The notes below the pieces were generated by a model. It was not told where the DNA came from. It made no database searches and worked only from the letters and a program-made list of their open reading frames with translations. Positions 46,728-57,200 of a stretch of DNA of 64,000 bases are shown piece by piece. The DNA is taken from the IMG/VR virus record IMGVR_UViG_3300037608_000032, positions 11,043 through 75,042 of that record; one strand, 5' to 3'. The translations under genes were made by a program, and so were the position numbers. Numbering within the stretch: the first letter of the stretch is position 1; every line of letters starts with the position of its first letter. The DNA comes from a virus.

Positions 46728-46931
46728 ATGAAAACGATCCCAGGAATCAGGATGCGCGGCGGGTGCGACGGAGACAAGACGGTGCGCGTGGTCTGCGGGG
46801 AGTGCCACGAAATCGGGTACGTGCTCCCGGCGGGCGAGCGCCTGTCGAAAGCCCAGAACGCCATCGAGCGGACCGTGGCTTGCTCGGCTTGCGGCAAGGA
46901 CCTCAAGGTGTGCGTGGTGGCGAATGGGTAA
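46728..46931 (+). CDS. small Zn-ribbon protein
   Basis: CGEC...CSACG. Confidence 0.55.
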   Translation: MKTIPGIRMRGGCDGDKTVRVVCGECHEIGYVLPAGERLSKAQNAIERTVACSACGKDLKVCVVANG

Positions 46932-47466
46932 CGGGGCGCGGGTTCAGGTCCCTCCGGCGATGCGGGATGTCATCGAGGCAATCCTGGCCGACCGGGACTC
47001 TGCCTTGTCCGCCCGACTGGCGGCGATGGAAGACGATTTGTCGAGGGCGTCGAAGATCATCACGGGCTTGATGCGCGAGAAGCACCTGTCCCTCGGACAG
47101 GACGACGAAGTCCCCCAAGAACCCGTGGACAAGGTCTGGTGCTGCCAGAAGTGCGGCTCGCAGCAAGGGTACTACGACGAAGCCAACGACGTGTTGAGGG
47201 TCCGCTACAAGGAGCACGTCGTCCACGTCCACACCGGGATCGGTGGGTGGATCCGGCTGGTCTGCCGGAAGTGCGGGGAGTTGAACGTCTTGGAGTATGC
47301 GCCCTCGGTGACCGAGGTAGACGGCGGGCTCCCGGAGGTCTCTGTGTCAGGCGACCGGCTGGTGCTTGACGAGCCCCTCCTGGCAGAGCTGCAAGACATC
47401 GTGCGCCGCGGAAACGGTACGGCGACGGTCAAGTTGACCCAGGCTCCCGAGCCCTCCCCGCAATAG
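46924..47466 (+). CDS. Zn-ribbon protein
   Basis: CQKCG...CRKCGELN. Confidence 0.6.
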   Translation: MGNGARVQVPPAMRDVIEAILADRDSALSARLAAMEDDLSRASKIITGLMREKHLSLGQDDEVPQEPVDKVWCCQKCGSQQGYYDEANDVLRVRYKEHVVHVHTGIGGWIRLVCRKCGELNVLEYAPSVTEVDGGLPEVSVSGDRLVLDEPLLAELQDIVRRGNGTATVKLTQAPEPSPQ

Positions 47467-47470
47467 GTGC

Positions 47471-47499
47471 TTGCACCTGTAGCCGGGTAGTGATACCGT
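47471..47499 (+). promoter_or_regulatory. sigma70-like promoter for tail tube
   Basis: TTGCAC-N17-TACCGT with TGn. Confidence 0.55.
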
Positions 47500-47550
47500 C
47501 GGAGGTAGACGCCCGAGAGGCGCATTCCACCCCCACACGCAGGAATCACT

Positions 47551-48105
47551 ATGCCTCTCAATGTTCCGAATTTCACGACCTCCAAGTTCTCCTTCGGCCC
47601 TGGCGTGCTGTACCTCGGTGCGGCCGGCACGACTCCCACCGTTGACGTCGGTGGCATCACCGAAGACGGCATCAAGGTCGCCATGATGTCCAAGAAAAAG
47701 GACATTCACCAGGGCAATCCGAAGCTCGTCTGCTACACCTTCAACCAGGAACAGGGGATGGAGATCGAGCTCTCGGGTATCGAGTGGAACTTCGACTCCC
47801 TGGCCTACGCTCTCGGAGCCGGCAACACGACCGTGTCGGGCACCGAAGAGACCTTCGCCTTCGGCGGCGACCCCCTGTGCCAGACCGTGGCAATCAGGAT
47901 CGTTCACCAGATGGCCACGTCGGGCCACACGATGCTCGCCTACGTCTGGCAGGCCGTCAGCAACGGCGACCTGGAGCTGACCTTCGGCCATGACGAGCAC
48001 AAGTTCCCGATGAAGTGGAAGGCGCAGCGCTGTACCACAAACTGGGCCGGTGCCACGCTCCCCTACGATGAGCAGCTCGGACTGCTGGTCGAGCAGATCG
48101 CGTAG
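47551..48105 (+). CDS. major tail tube protein
   Basis: FGPGVLY...DVG.TEDG..V; strong codon bias; terminator follows. Confidence 0.82.
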   Translation: MPLNVPNFTTSKFSFGPGVLYLGAAGTTPTVDVGGITEDGIKVAMMSKKKDIHQGNPKLVCYTFNQEQGMEIELSGIEWNFDSLAYALGAGNTTVSGTEETFAFGGDPLCQTVAIRIVHQMATSGHTMLAYVWQAVSNGDLELTFGHDEHKFPMKWKAQRCTTNWAGATLPYDEQLGLLVEQIA

Positions 48106-48122
48106 CTCGTCCTTTCCCGACC

Positions 48123-48162
48123 AAGGGCCTTGGGGTATCATGCCTACAGGCCCTTTTCTTTT
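48123..48162 (+). terminator. intrinsic terminator
   Basis: aagggcct...aggccctt + ttctttt. Confidence 0.6.
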
Positions 48163-48169
48163 CTGGAGA

Positions 48170-48964
48170 ATGAACATGGACTGGACTGAAAAGTGGGTAG
48201 ACGCCCTGACGAAAGACGGCGTGAACGTACGAGACCTTCGCGGGGTGCTGCCCCACAAGACCGATACAGAGTTCATGCGGCGGGACCCGGTGAAACTCCA
48301 CGGGATGACTCTTCATCACGCGGCGATCCGGGGAAACACCGAGAAAGACCTCGTCAGTATCGCCCGATACCATGTCGGGCCCAACCACATCGCCGGGGGA
48401 GGCTGTCCGGGGCTCTGCTACACCGGGGCGGTGCTCGGAGATGGGACCTTCTGCCTGGCCTGGAACTTGAACGTGACGACGTGGTCTCAGGGAGACGGGA
48501 ATTCCAAGCACCTTGGGATCCTGGTGCTCGGAGACTTCTACTCCCCGTCGAACCCTACCGGCTTCGACCCTACCCCTCCCCAGTGGGATAGTTGCTTGCA
48601 GGTGTGGCGTACTTCTGCGCAGGTCTTCGGGTGGTCGAAGAACCAGCTCTTCGGGCACTTCGACTTCGGGAAGCCGGCGTGCCCAGGTGACACGCTTCGG
48701 AACCTTGTCATGGACATCCGGGAAGGAATCGAGCCTGAAAAGATGGTTCTCCTACCCGACCTCGGGATGGACCTCCCGTCAACGGCACGGCACCAGAAGG
48801 CCCTGGAGATGCTCGGCTTCTCACCCGGCGCTGTAGACGGTATCTGGGGACCGATGTCCAAGGCGGCGCTGGCGCGGTTCCAGGCGTCCGCCGGGCTTCC
48901 CGTGGACGGCGTGTGGGGAGCGAACACCCAGCGGGCCATCGACGCGGCTCTGAAGAATCTGTGA
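48170..48964 (+). CDS. N-acetylmuramoyl-L-alanine amidase (PGRP-like) + peptidoglycan-binding domain; endolysin
   Basis: LHHA, GHFDF..ACPG; VDGIWGP..ALARFQ..GLPVDGVWG. Confidence 0.9.
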   Translation: MNMDWTEKWVDALTKDGVNVRDLRGVLPHKTDTEFMRRDPVKLHGMTLHHAAIRGNTEKDLVSIARYHVGPNHIAGGGCPGLCYTGAVLGDGTFCLAWNLNVTTWSQGDGNSKHLGILVLGDFYSPSNPTGFDPTPPQWDSCLQVWRTSAQVFGWSKNQLFGHFDFGKPACPGDTLRNLVMDIREGIEPEKMVLLPDLGMDLPSTARHQKALEMLGFSPGAVDGIWGPMSKAALARFQASAGLPVDGVWGANTQRAIDAALKNL

Positions 48965-49086
48965 CCACGGGCCCCGTCACCGTCGAAGCTGACCAGCCTC
49001 CGCTACCCCGGCGGCGGGTGCTCGTGGTCTTGCGGGTGGGCAGGGCCGTAGAGACGGGCTACTACCGAGGCAGGAGGCTAACCACC

Positions 49087-49632
49087 ATGGCCGAAAAGAC
49101 CGAAGTCAAGACCCCTTCCCCGATGCTCCCCGCAACGTCCGCCGACTGGCAGGACTTGTTGGAGCGCATGTTTCCGTCCGGCGTTCACACCCTGCACGAC
49201 CTCAGTGGGAACGCCTACGAGGTGCGGACGGTGCTCTCTGCGAGACGAGAGACCGAGCTTCTGCGGGTGCTCTCCAAGGTGGCAGAGCTGCCCGTGGGCG
49301 ACTGGACTCAAGGCATGAAGACCGCGGGAGCTACACCCCAGGAGACCATTACGGGGCTGGTAGCGGTGCTCGCGCGGGTGACTTCTGATTCGCGGGCCCT
49401 CGACTTGCTCGACGAAGCCTTCTGCCTTGTGTTCCGGCCGGTGGTTGACCGGGCCCTTGCCGCGTGCTCGGACCTGACCGAGGGCCTCGACAAGCCCTCT
49501 GCTGTGGACGTCTTCGACACCGTGGAGATGGTACAGGCCCTCCTCCCTTTCGGCGCGAGGGCGGCCGTGAAGGTGATGCGGCTGGTCCAGACGGCGCGAG
49601 CCAAGACCGCGAGTTCTCCCCTCGTGAACTGA
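49087..49632 (+). CDS. tail assembly chaperone (G)
   Basis: AGGAGG RBS; position before tape measure; slippery site. Confidence 0.7.
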   Translation: MAEKTEVKTPSPMLPATSADWQDLLERMFPSGVHTLHDLSGNAYEVRTVLSARRETELLRVLSKVAELPVGDWTQGMKTAGATPQETITGLVAVLARVTSDSRALDLLDEAFCLVFRPVVDRALAACSDLTEGLDKPSAVDVFDTVEMVQALLPFGARAAVKVMRLVQTARAKTASSPLVN

Positions 49633-49970
49633 AGCAGGCGCTCGGAATCGTCTTCACTTCCGGGCATGACTTGGAGGTTCTTGACCGATGGTCATGGGAG
49701 CAGGTGCAACTCGTTGCCGAGTGCATCGCCCTGCACAAGGTCCAGCAGCTTGAGATGATTCTCGGGCCCATCGCTACCGGGCTTGGAGCCGAGTATAAGT
49801 CCTCGCAGGTGCGAGAGACTACCCGACGCCAACCCGGCGATGCGAAGCGACGGACGACGCTGAATCGAGAAGACCCGGCGGCCATCAAGCGGGCTCAACA
49901 GCGGGACGCCGCGATCATAATGGCGGCGAAGTCCAACGCCAACGGCTTCAGGTTCAAAGTCGAAGGGTAG
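49545..49970 (+). CDS. -1 frameshift extension of tail chaperone (GT)
   Basis: C CCT TTC heptamer in phase at 49545-49551; -1 frame open to 49970. Confidence 0.7.
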   Translation, partial: PFRREGGREGDAAGPDGASQDREFSPRELKQALGIVFTSGHDLEVLDRWSWEQVQLVAECIALHKVQQLEMILGPIATGLGAEYKSSQVRETTRRQPGDAKRRTTLNREDPAAIKRAQQRDAAIIMAAKSNANGFRFKVEG

Positions 49971-50044
49971 GTCGAGCCAGCTAGATCCGATCAGGTGCGA
50001 CCGACAAGATCGGATAGACTGGGGGCATCCTCAAGGAGCCCCTC

Positions 50045-53000
50045 ATGGCCGACTCTACGACTATCGGAAAACTCGTCATCCAGATGTTACTGGACTCCAC
50101 CCCGTTCTCGCAAGGCGTGGAACAGGTCAAGTCCGGGACGAACGCGCTTGGGAGCCAGCTAAAAAGCTGGGCAGACGGGCTTAATACCGTAGTCGTCGGG
50201 GCCATGAAGGCGGCCGGGCTGGCCATGGCTGGACTGGCGGCAGCTTCAACGGCAGTCGGTGCCCAGTTCCAGCAGAAGATGCAGTATGTCGGCGTCGTCG
50301 CCGGGGCCACCGAAGAACAGATGAAGCACCTCACCGCGACGGCTCGGGAGCTGGGTTCAACGACCACCTATTCCGCGTCCCAGGCGGCCGACGCCATGGC
50401 CCTGCTGGCTGGGTCGGGCCTCGACACGGCGGCGACCATCAAGGCGGCTGGAGACGCGCTCCGGCTCGCTGGCGTGGACGGTGCTTCGATGGACGTGGCG
50501 GCGGCGGCGCTGACCGCGACCATGGCGCAGTTCTCCTTGACGGCTGACGAGTCCGGGCGCATCGCGGACGTGTTCGCCAAGGCGACGGCCCTCAGTCAGT
50601 TCAAGGTCGATTCGTTGTCGGACGCCATGAAGTACGGCGGCACCGTCGGCGCGGGCTTCGGGTGGTCACTCGAACAGACCGTGGCGGCGCTGGCCATGTT
50701 CCGGGATGCAGGCCTGGACGGGGCGCGGGCTGGTACGGCGCTCAGGTCTTCGATGTCTCAGGCCACGATGGTCAACGAGAAGAACATCGAGACCATGGCC
50801 AAGTACGGCTTGACCATGGAGGCCGTGAACCCGGAGACCAATACTTTCGCACAGATTCTGGAGGCCGTGGGCAAGGCGGGGATGACCACGACGGACGCCA
50901 TGGTCGTCTTCGGGGTCGAAGCTGGAGCGACCATCAAGACGCTGGCCGAACAAGCTGCGCAAGGGTCCACGAAGTACGCGGAAATGCTGAACAACCTGGA
51001 GAATTCCACAGGCACAGCCGAGGCCATGTACTCGAAGATGAACGAGACGGTTTCCGGGTCGTTCATCATGCTCAAGTCAGCGGCCGAAGAAGTCCTCCTG
51101 GTACTCTTCGACACCTACAAGGGGCCGCTTGCGGAGCTCCTCGGCGCTGTCATGAACGTCGTCAACGCCACTGGCGAGGCGCTCGGAATGGTGGCCGGGT
51201 CCATCACGTCGGACATGGGAGACGCTCTCGGGTCGGTGACGGACTTCCTGAACACCAACGCTGACTTCATCGGGGAGTCCATCGCCGGGTGGTTGAAGGC
51301 GGTCGCTGACTTCGCCGGGGAAGTGAAGGCGCTGATACCGATCTTCCAGGCGATCCTGCCCTTACTCGATGACATCGCCTTGACCATGGGCCTGATCTGG
51401 GTGGCGACGAAGGTAATGGCCTTCGTGAAAGCCGTCTCGGAAGCGCAGGTGGTCGTGGCCCTGCTCAAGTGGGACGTGAGGGCCCTGGCTGCGGAGCTGA
51501 CCGCTGCCACGGGCGGGCTGTACGCATTGATCGCCGCTATCGGGGTGCTGGTAGTCGGAATGGTAGCGTTGATCACCCGGTACAACGAAGCCGAGAGGTC
51601 AGCGCGGGCCCTCAAGGACGCCCAAGACGCCCTGGCTGGAAGCACCGCAGCGGTGAATCAGGAGCGGGCGGCCTACCTGGAGTCGTTGCTTTCGACCCAG
51701 CGTGAGGAGGCCAAGGCGGCGCTGGTTGCCGAGCTCGCGGCCGGAGACGTGTCGAGGGCCCGACAGACGGAGCTTGAGATTCTCTCCAAGCTCACCGGGG
51801 CCACGGCTCAACAGATGGAGGCAGAAGGAAAGCTGGTGCTCGTCAGGGGCCAGCTTCGCACGGCGGCGTCCATCGGGACGGACCTGAACCCGGACGACGT
51901 GAACGCCTTCAATTCCCGCGTGAAGGAGATGGAGTCTACCGCCAGAGCATCGGCGGCAGAACTCCAGAAGTTGAAGGACTCCATGGCGGGCATGGAGGAG
52001 ACCGCGAAGATCTCGACTTCAGGGGCCACAGGGGACGCCCTGCGAAAGATGGTGACCGACTCGAAGGCCAGGATAGCGCAGCTTGAAGACGAGGTGCCGA
52101 GACAGCGTGAAGCCATCTCGAAGCTCAGCGGGGACTTGACCAAGGCCGAGAACGATGTCCTGGCCGGAATCGCCAAGAACCACGACCGGATCCGAGAGAC
52201 CCGCGGCAAGACCGCCACCGACGGGGCGAAGAAAGAGAAGGAGTACGTTGACCGGGTAGCAGAGATGCACAGGGGGTTGCTTGCCGAACTTGCGGGCTTC
52301 TCGCAGACCGATCTCCAACGGGTAGACGTGAACATCGCCGAGAGGAAAGCGAAAGTCGAAGCCTCCTACGCTGACCAGATCAAGGCGGCGGGGGGGAACA
52401 CGAAGGAGGTAGCTCGACTTCAAGCCCAGCTTCAAGCGGACCTGACCTTGCTCACCGGGATCGGGGAGCAGGAACGGAAGAAGCTCATCATCGACGCTGC
52501 CAAGGAAGCGGCTGACAAGCGGATGACAGAACAGAAGCGGGTGCTCGGGCTCATCGCGGCGCTGGAAGTAGAGGGGCTTTCGACCTCGGAGAAACTGGAA
52601 CGAGAGAAGGCGGACACGCTCGCGGGCATCGACGATTCGCTCTACGTCTACAAGACCCGACTTTCGCAGCTCTACGACGACAAGATCCAGGCGGCCCGGG
52701 ACGAGGAAGCTGCACAGGCAGCAAGCAACGCCGAAGCGGAGATCTCCTGGCTCTCGCGCGTGACCGATGCCTGGTACGACGTAGCGGGGGCCATCGGGTC
52801 CGTGTGGTCCACGGCGCGAGGGTTCACAGATTTCTTGTCGTCGGCCTTGGAGAAACTGACCGGCTTCGCATTCTCGTTGTCGGATGCCCTGTCGAGCATC
52901 AGTCAATCGCTGACCGAGTCCGTCGGGACCGTCAATGCGGCGTGGGAGACAGTAGTCTCGGCGAAAGCTCCGAGCGCCCAGCGGGAAGGAGAGGATGCCA

Positions 53001-54214
53001 CCCAGTACGCCGCCCGTCAGTACGTGGAAAATCTCGTTGCAGGTGCAGCATCTTTTTCCACGGTGCTAATGGATGCCATCCCGGTTCTGCTGCAGCAACT
53101 CGTCCAGGCCATCCCGCAAGTCGTAGACGTCTTCATCGCGACGTTGCCGAGCATCGTCACCGCGCTGTTGGCGGTGCTTCCGCCTCTCATGAGCACCCTG
53201 GTAGATGCGGGGGTGAAGCTCATCGACTCCATGTTGACAGAGATTCCCCGGTTCGTGATTGGCCTGGTCCAGATGGTGCCCGAACTCGTCCGGCAACTCC
53301 TGGCCCAGATTCCCGTCATCATCACCGGCCTGGTAGCGGGTGTCGCCGACATCGTCGTAGCGGTGTTGCAGGCCTTGCCGGAGATCCTCAACGCCGTGGT
53401 GAAGGCGCTCCCTGACATCATCATCGCGGTCATCGACTCGGTGATCGGGGCCATACCACAGATCCTGGCAGCGCTGATCCGCGCGGTGCCAAGGCTCATC
53501 GCGGCGTTGCTCCGGGCCGTGCCCATAATCATCGACTCGGTCATGTCGCAGGTGCCCTTCATCATCCTGACCTTGGTAGGGATGATTCCTGACCTGATCA
53601 TCGCGCTTGCCCAGGCGCTCCCGACTCTGATTCCTGCAATAGTGGCCTTGATACCGGACATCATCACGGCCATCATTCCACAGCTTCCGACCATTGCCGT
53701 GTCCTTGCTTGAAGCGATCGTCTTCGGTTTGATCGCCAAGATCCCCGAGATCGCCGTGTCCATCGGGAAGGCCATCGTCCAGGCTCTCACCGGGGCCTGG
53801 AAAGCGTTGGTAGACGCCCTGATCGGGCTCTTGAAGGCGGCCTGGAACGCGGTGCTGTCGGCGGTCGGACTCGGGAGCGAAGACTCCGGGTCCCACTACG
53901 CCGGCATCAACTACGTGCCCGCCACGATGCGCGTCACGGTCCACCCTGGGGAGATGGTGGTGCCGGCGTCCAGGAACCCAATGCGAGCCCCGGACCGCGC
54001 TGACCCGGCGCTGGCGGGGTCTCCTTCCGGCGCTGGCGGTCGGTCTTCCGAGCCGGTTCAGATCGGCATCTACTCCGACGGGCGGCTTGTCGAGACGGCC
54101 CTGGTCAACGGGCAGAACTCCGGACGGGCGACGAAGCTGACTCGCATGATGAGGTCCACGGCGAAGGTCAAGGCCGGGCTGGATCGTGGTAAGTACAACG
54201 GCTGGTCCAAGTAG
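50045..54214 (+). CDS. tape measure protein (TP901-like)
   Basis: ARELGSTT.YSASQAADAM, AGTALR, 11-aa amphipathic Pro-periodic repeats, VHPGEMVVP. Confidence 0.95.
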   Translation: MADSTTIGKLVIQMLLDSTPFSQGVEQVKSGTNALGSQLKSWADGLNTVVVGAMKAAGLAMAGLAAASTAVGAQFQQKMQYVGVVAGATEEQMKHLTATARELGSTTTYSASQAADAMALLAGSGLDTAATIKAAGDALRLAGVDGASMDVAAAALTATMAQFSLTADESGRIADVFAKATALSQFKVDSLSDAMKYGGTVGAGFGWSLEQTVAALAMFRDAGLDGARAGTALRSSMSQATMVNEKNIETMAKYGLTMEAVNPETNTFAQILEAVGKAGMTTTDAMVVFGVEAGATIKTLAEQAAQGSTKYAEMLNNLENSTGTAEAMYSKMNETVSGSFIMLKSAAEEVLLVLFDTYKGPLAELLGAVMNVVNATGEALGMVAGSITSDMGDALGSVTDFLNTNADFIGESIAGWLKAVADFAGEVKALIPIFQAILPLLDDIALTMGLIWVATKVMAFVKAVSEAQVVVALLKWDVRALAAELTAATGGLYALIAAIGVLVVGMVALITRYNEAERSARALKDAQDALAGSTAAVNQERAAYLESLLSTQREEAKAALVAELAAGDVSRARQTELEILSKLTGATAQQMEAEGKLVLVRGQLRTAASIGTDLNPDDVNAFNSRVKEMESTARASAAELQKLKDSMAGMEETAKISTSGATGDALRKMVTDSKARIAQLEDEVPRQREAISKLSGDLTKAENDVLAGIAKNHDRIRETRGKTATDGAKKEKEYVDRVAEMHRGLLAELAGFSQTDLQRVDVNIAERKAKVEASYADQIKAAGGNTKEVARLQAQLQADLTLLTGIGEQERKKLIIDAAKEAADKRMTEQKRVLGLIAALEVEGLSTSEKLEREKADTLAGIDDSLYVYKTRLSQLYDDKIQAARDEEAAQAASNAEAEISWLSRVTDAWYDVAGAIGSVWSTARGFTDFLSSALEKLTGFAFSLSDALSSISQSLTESVGTVNAAWETVVSAKAPSAQREGEDATQYAARQYVENLVAGAASFSTVLMDAIPVLLQQLVQAIPQVVDVFIATLPSIVTALLAVLPPLMSTLVDAGVKLIDSMLTEIPRFVIGLVQMVPELVRQLLAQIPVIITGLVAGVADIVVAVLQALPEILNAVVKALPDIIIAVIDSVIGAIPQILAALIRAVPRLIAALLRAVPIIIDSVMSQVPFIILTLVGMIPDLIIALAQALPTLIPAIVALIPDIITAIIPQLPTIAVSLLEAIVFGLIAKIPEIAVSIGKAIVQALTGAWKALVDALIGLLKAAWNAVLSAVGLGSEDSGSHYAGINYVPATMRVTVHPGEMVVPASRNPMRAPDRADPALAGSPSGAGGRSSEPVQIGIYSDGRLVETALVNGQNSGRATKLTRMMRSTAKVKAGLDRGKYNGWSK

Positions 54215-54226
54215 GAGCACGAGAAC

Positions 54227-57200
54227 ATGGCGAACACCCCGATATTCCGAGTCGAGACCTACCAGCTTGCTGCTGGGGACTTCTCCGGCGCGACCTTCAA
54301 CCTTCGACTCAGACATGAGCTTTCGGTCAACTACTTCGTGCTCTGCCAGTGGGCCGTGAACTCCGCTAGTGACACGCTCCCGTCTGACGTCGGCGTCCAG
54401 GTCACGCAGGACCCCTATGGGACCGGGGACCTCGCAGTCGCCGGGGGAAACTGGCTGCAACTGAAGCGCACTACTTCGGTGGGGTGCAACGCGGACCTTG
54501 TGGTCACGGTCGTGGAGTGCCTGGCAGACTCAGAAGGAGCAGGGTTCAAGCTCGTTGACGTGGCTATGACCGCCATGGGCACGGTAGGAGCTCCGGGAAC
54601 GCAGACCGTCGTGGATACGTGCGCGGCATGGACGAATCTGGACCACGTCGTGACCTTCGGCGGGTTCCGGGGTGGCGGCCTGTCGTGTGGCGTGGCGGCG
54701 GCGGCCAACCAGGTGTTCAGCCTGGGGGTCAAGGTCTACCCGTCCGGGACGAATCAGCTCAACTTCGAGCGGTTCACCCCGAACCCCGCTCAGCTTCTGA
54801 CGTGCTCGGTCACGACCTACGTCGTGGAGTGGGGCTCGGAGTGGACGGTAGATCGCGTGTCAGTGCTCGGCACGAACTCGGGTGCGACGTTGTCCCTGGC
54901 CGCCCACTACTCCACGGCGACACTGACCTACCCGGCGGTGCGCGCGAATACCTGGTGCTGGTCGACCGGGTGGACCGATGGCCTGGACTGCGGGAGCATG
55001 GCGCTCGCACAGGTCGCGACCATCGGAGACGGAGCTGCACAGCTTGCACTTGAGACCAAGGCGGCCGTCGGGTGCTGTCAAGGTCTTGCTGCTCGGTCGG
55101 TGGACGTGTTCGTGTTGCAGCATGCAAAGCTGACCACGGACTGGGTCTTCAAGACGGCTGCCATGGGCGCGGGGTCTATGGACCTGACCGTGGACGCGGT
55201 GCTCGAAGACGAGGTCTACTCGCTGGCCGACTCGCTCTACGCCGCGTCAACCCGTGGAAGATTGCCGCACCTGCAAGCATCTGTCCCGTCGGCGTTGACG
55301 TCGGACCTGTCCGAGGCCTTGTTGGTCTCCAGGCCTACGGGATCGACGAAGGTACGAGCGACGACCTTGGACCCTGCTCCGGCGTTGGCGTGGGTCGGAT
55401 GGCTTGAATCCGCGGACTTCTCGCAGGTGACCACGAAGCAGGACTCGCTCCCGTCTTTCCGGGTGACGACCTACAGGATCACGGGCGCGACGTTCACCGG
55501 AACGACCTACGACCTGACTCTGAAGAACCCGCTCGTGCCGAACTACTTCGCTATGGTCATCGGGACCGACACGGCGGTAGCGACCCCAAACCCGGCGGAC
55601 GGGAACGCATGGGTATCTCAGGACCCCTACGGCACCGGGGACCTTGGAGTGTCGTCGAGTTCGAAGGTCATCAGGCTCGCCAGGGGCAACAACGCGCACG
55701 CATGGGCTGGGGAGGTCATCGTAGTCGAGTGCCTTCGTGGGTCTGCTCACCAGGGCTTCCGGTTGGTAGACGTGAAGGCCGTAGCCCTGCCAGCCATGGC
55801 TGACACGGGCGTTCAGGTCGTCAATGCCACGGCGAACGCCCCGTGGACCACTCCGGACCGCGTGGTGCTCTTCGGCGGGCACCGAGGTGGCGGGTTGCAG
55901 CCGACCGTGGCACACGGGGCGGCGGACATCCAGTCTCAAGGCGTGGCGCTCGTACCGACCGGAACCTCAGGTATCCAGGCCATGCGCTACTCGGCATCGG
56001 CGACGTCGTTGCTGGCCATGACCGCGTGGGTCTACGTGGTGGAGTGGGGCGACGAATGGCAGGTGCAGCAGCTCCTGGTACAGGCCACGGGCGGCGGGCC
56101 AGACGTCAACGCGACGGGGGACTACCAGACCTTCTACCTGACCGACGCCGTGGACCCGACCAAGACGCTCGTGTGGGGTGGGTTCTGTGCGGAGGCATCG
56201 ACTACCGATTCCTGCTGGCTCTCCCCGGCGATGGGGCTTGGAGATGGGGTAGCTCAAGCTGCGTCGGAGTCGCGCCTGTCCATCGGGCTCTGGCAGCCGA
56301 ACGCCTTCCTGGGTGCCATCTACGTTTTGAGCCACGCAGACTTGAAAAACCAGTGGGGCTACATCGCCACGAATAACGCCTTGCAGGTGCTGCAATCTAT
56401 TACAGCGCCGGTGAGGTCTGAAGGCTACTCGTCTTTGGTGACCTGCGGACAGCGCGGCGGGCTTGGGTACACCGCGAACTCCGGCAACGCCTCACCTCCG
56501 GCGGTGTCCGGAGCCGAGTTCTTCTTGCGGCCGACCGCACAGACCACACTGGCGATCAACCGCGAGAACAACACCGGGTCTTGGGCTGGGTGGGTCCAGA
56601 CCTTCGATTTCGGAGGGCTCTACACAGCGGCGGGGGGCATTGAGGTAGCCACCGACGACGCCTTGGCCGGAACTCCCCAGCAGTACCTCGTCCTGCAGGA
56701 CCCCCAGTGGGACGGGTCAACGAACCTGATTCGGGTAACGTCCGAGGGCGGGATCTCCGCTGGCCCTGTGCAGCCCGACGTCAGCAACCTCGGGTCCGTG
56801 GTCGGATACCAGGAGGGAACCCCTACGGCGGACACCGAGCTTCGATACTTGCTTCGAGAGGGCGGGGTCGGTGGGTCCGGGGGTTGGCTCTGGCGCTACA
56901 CGTCAGAGACCACGGCGGAATCGTGGCGGGCCATGAACGCCTTGACGCAGCTCTGGCGTCAACAGACCGTGGACACGGGGGCCAGGTGGGCGGCCCATGA
57001 CATCGCTTATTCCACGGTCTTCCGGCGGGTGCTCATTGCCAAGACGATGTCGGCAACGAACATCAGGATCTACTACAAGGACGTGGACGACTTCACCCTG
57101 GCCGCGTGGTCCATCGTGAACATCACGACTACAGGCCTAATCGACCCGGCGACTACTACCAGGAACGGGCTCGGGCTCTGTGAGCTCCCCGACGGATCGA

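Noticed and set aside
53050-53850. Hydrophobic Pro-periodic repeats
   Set aside because: Ordinary tape-measure repeats
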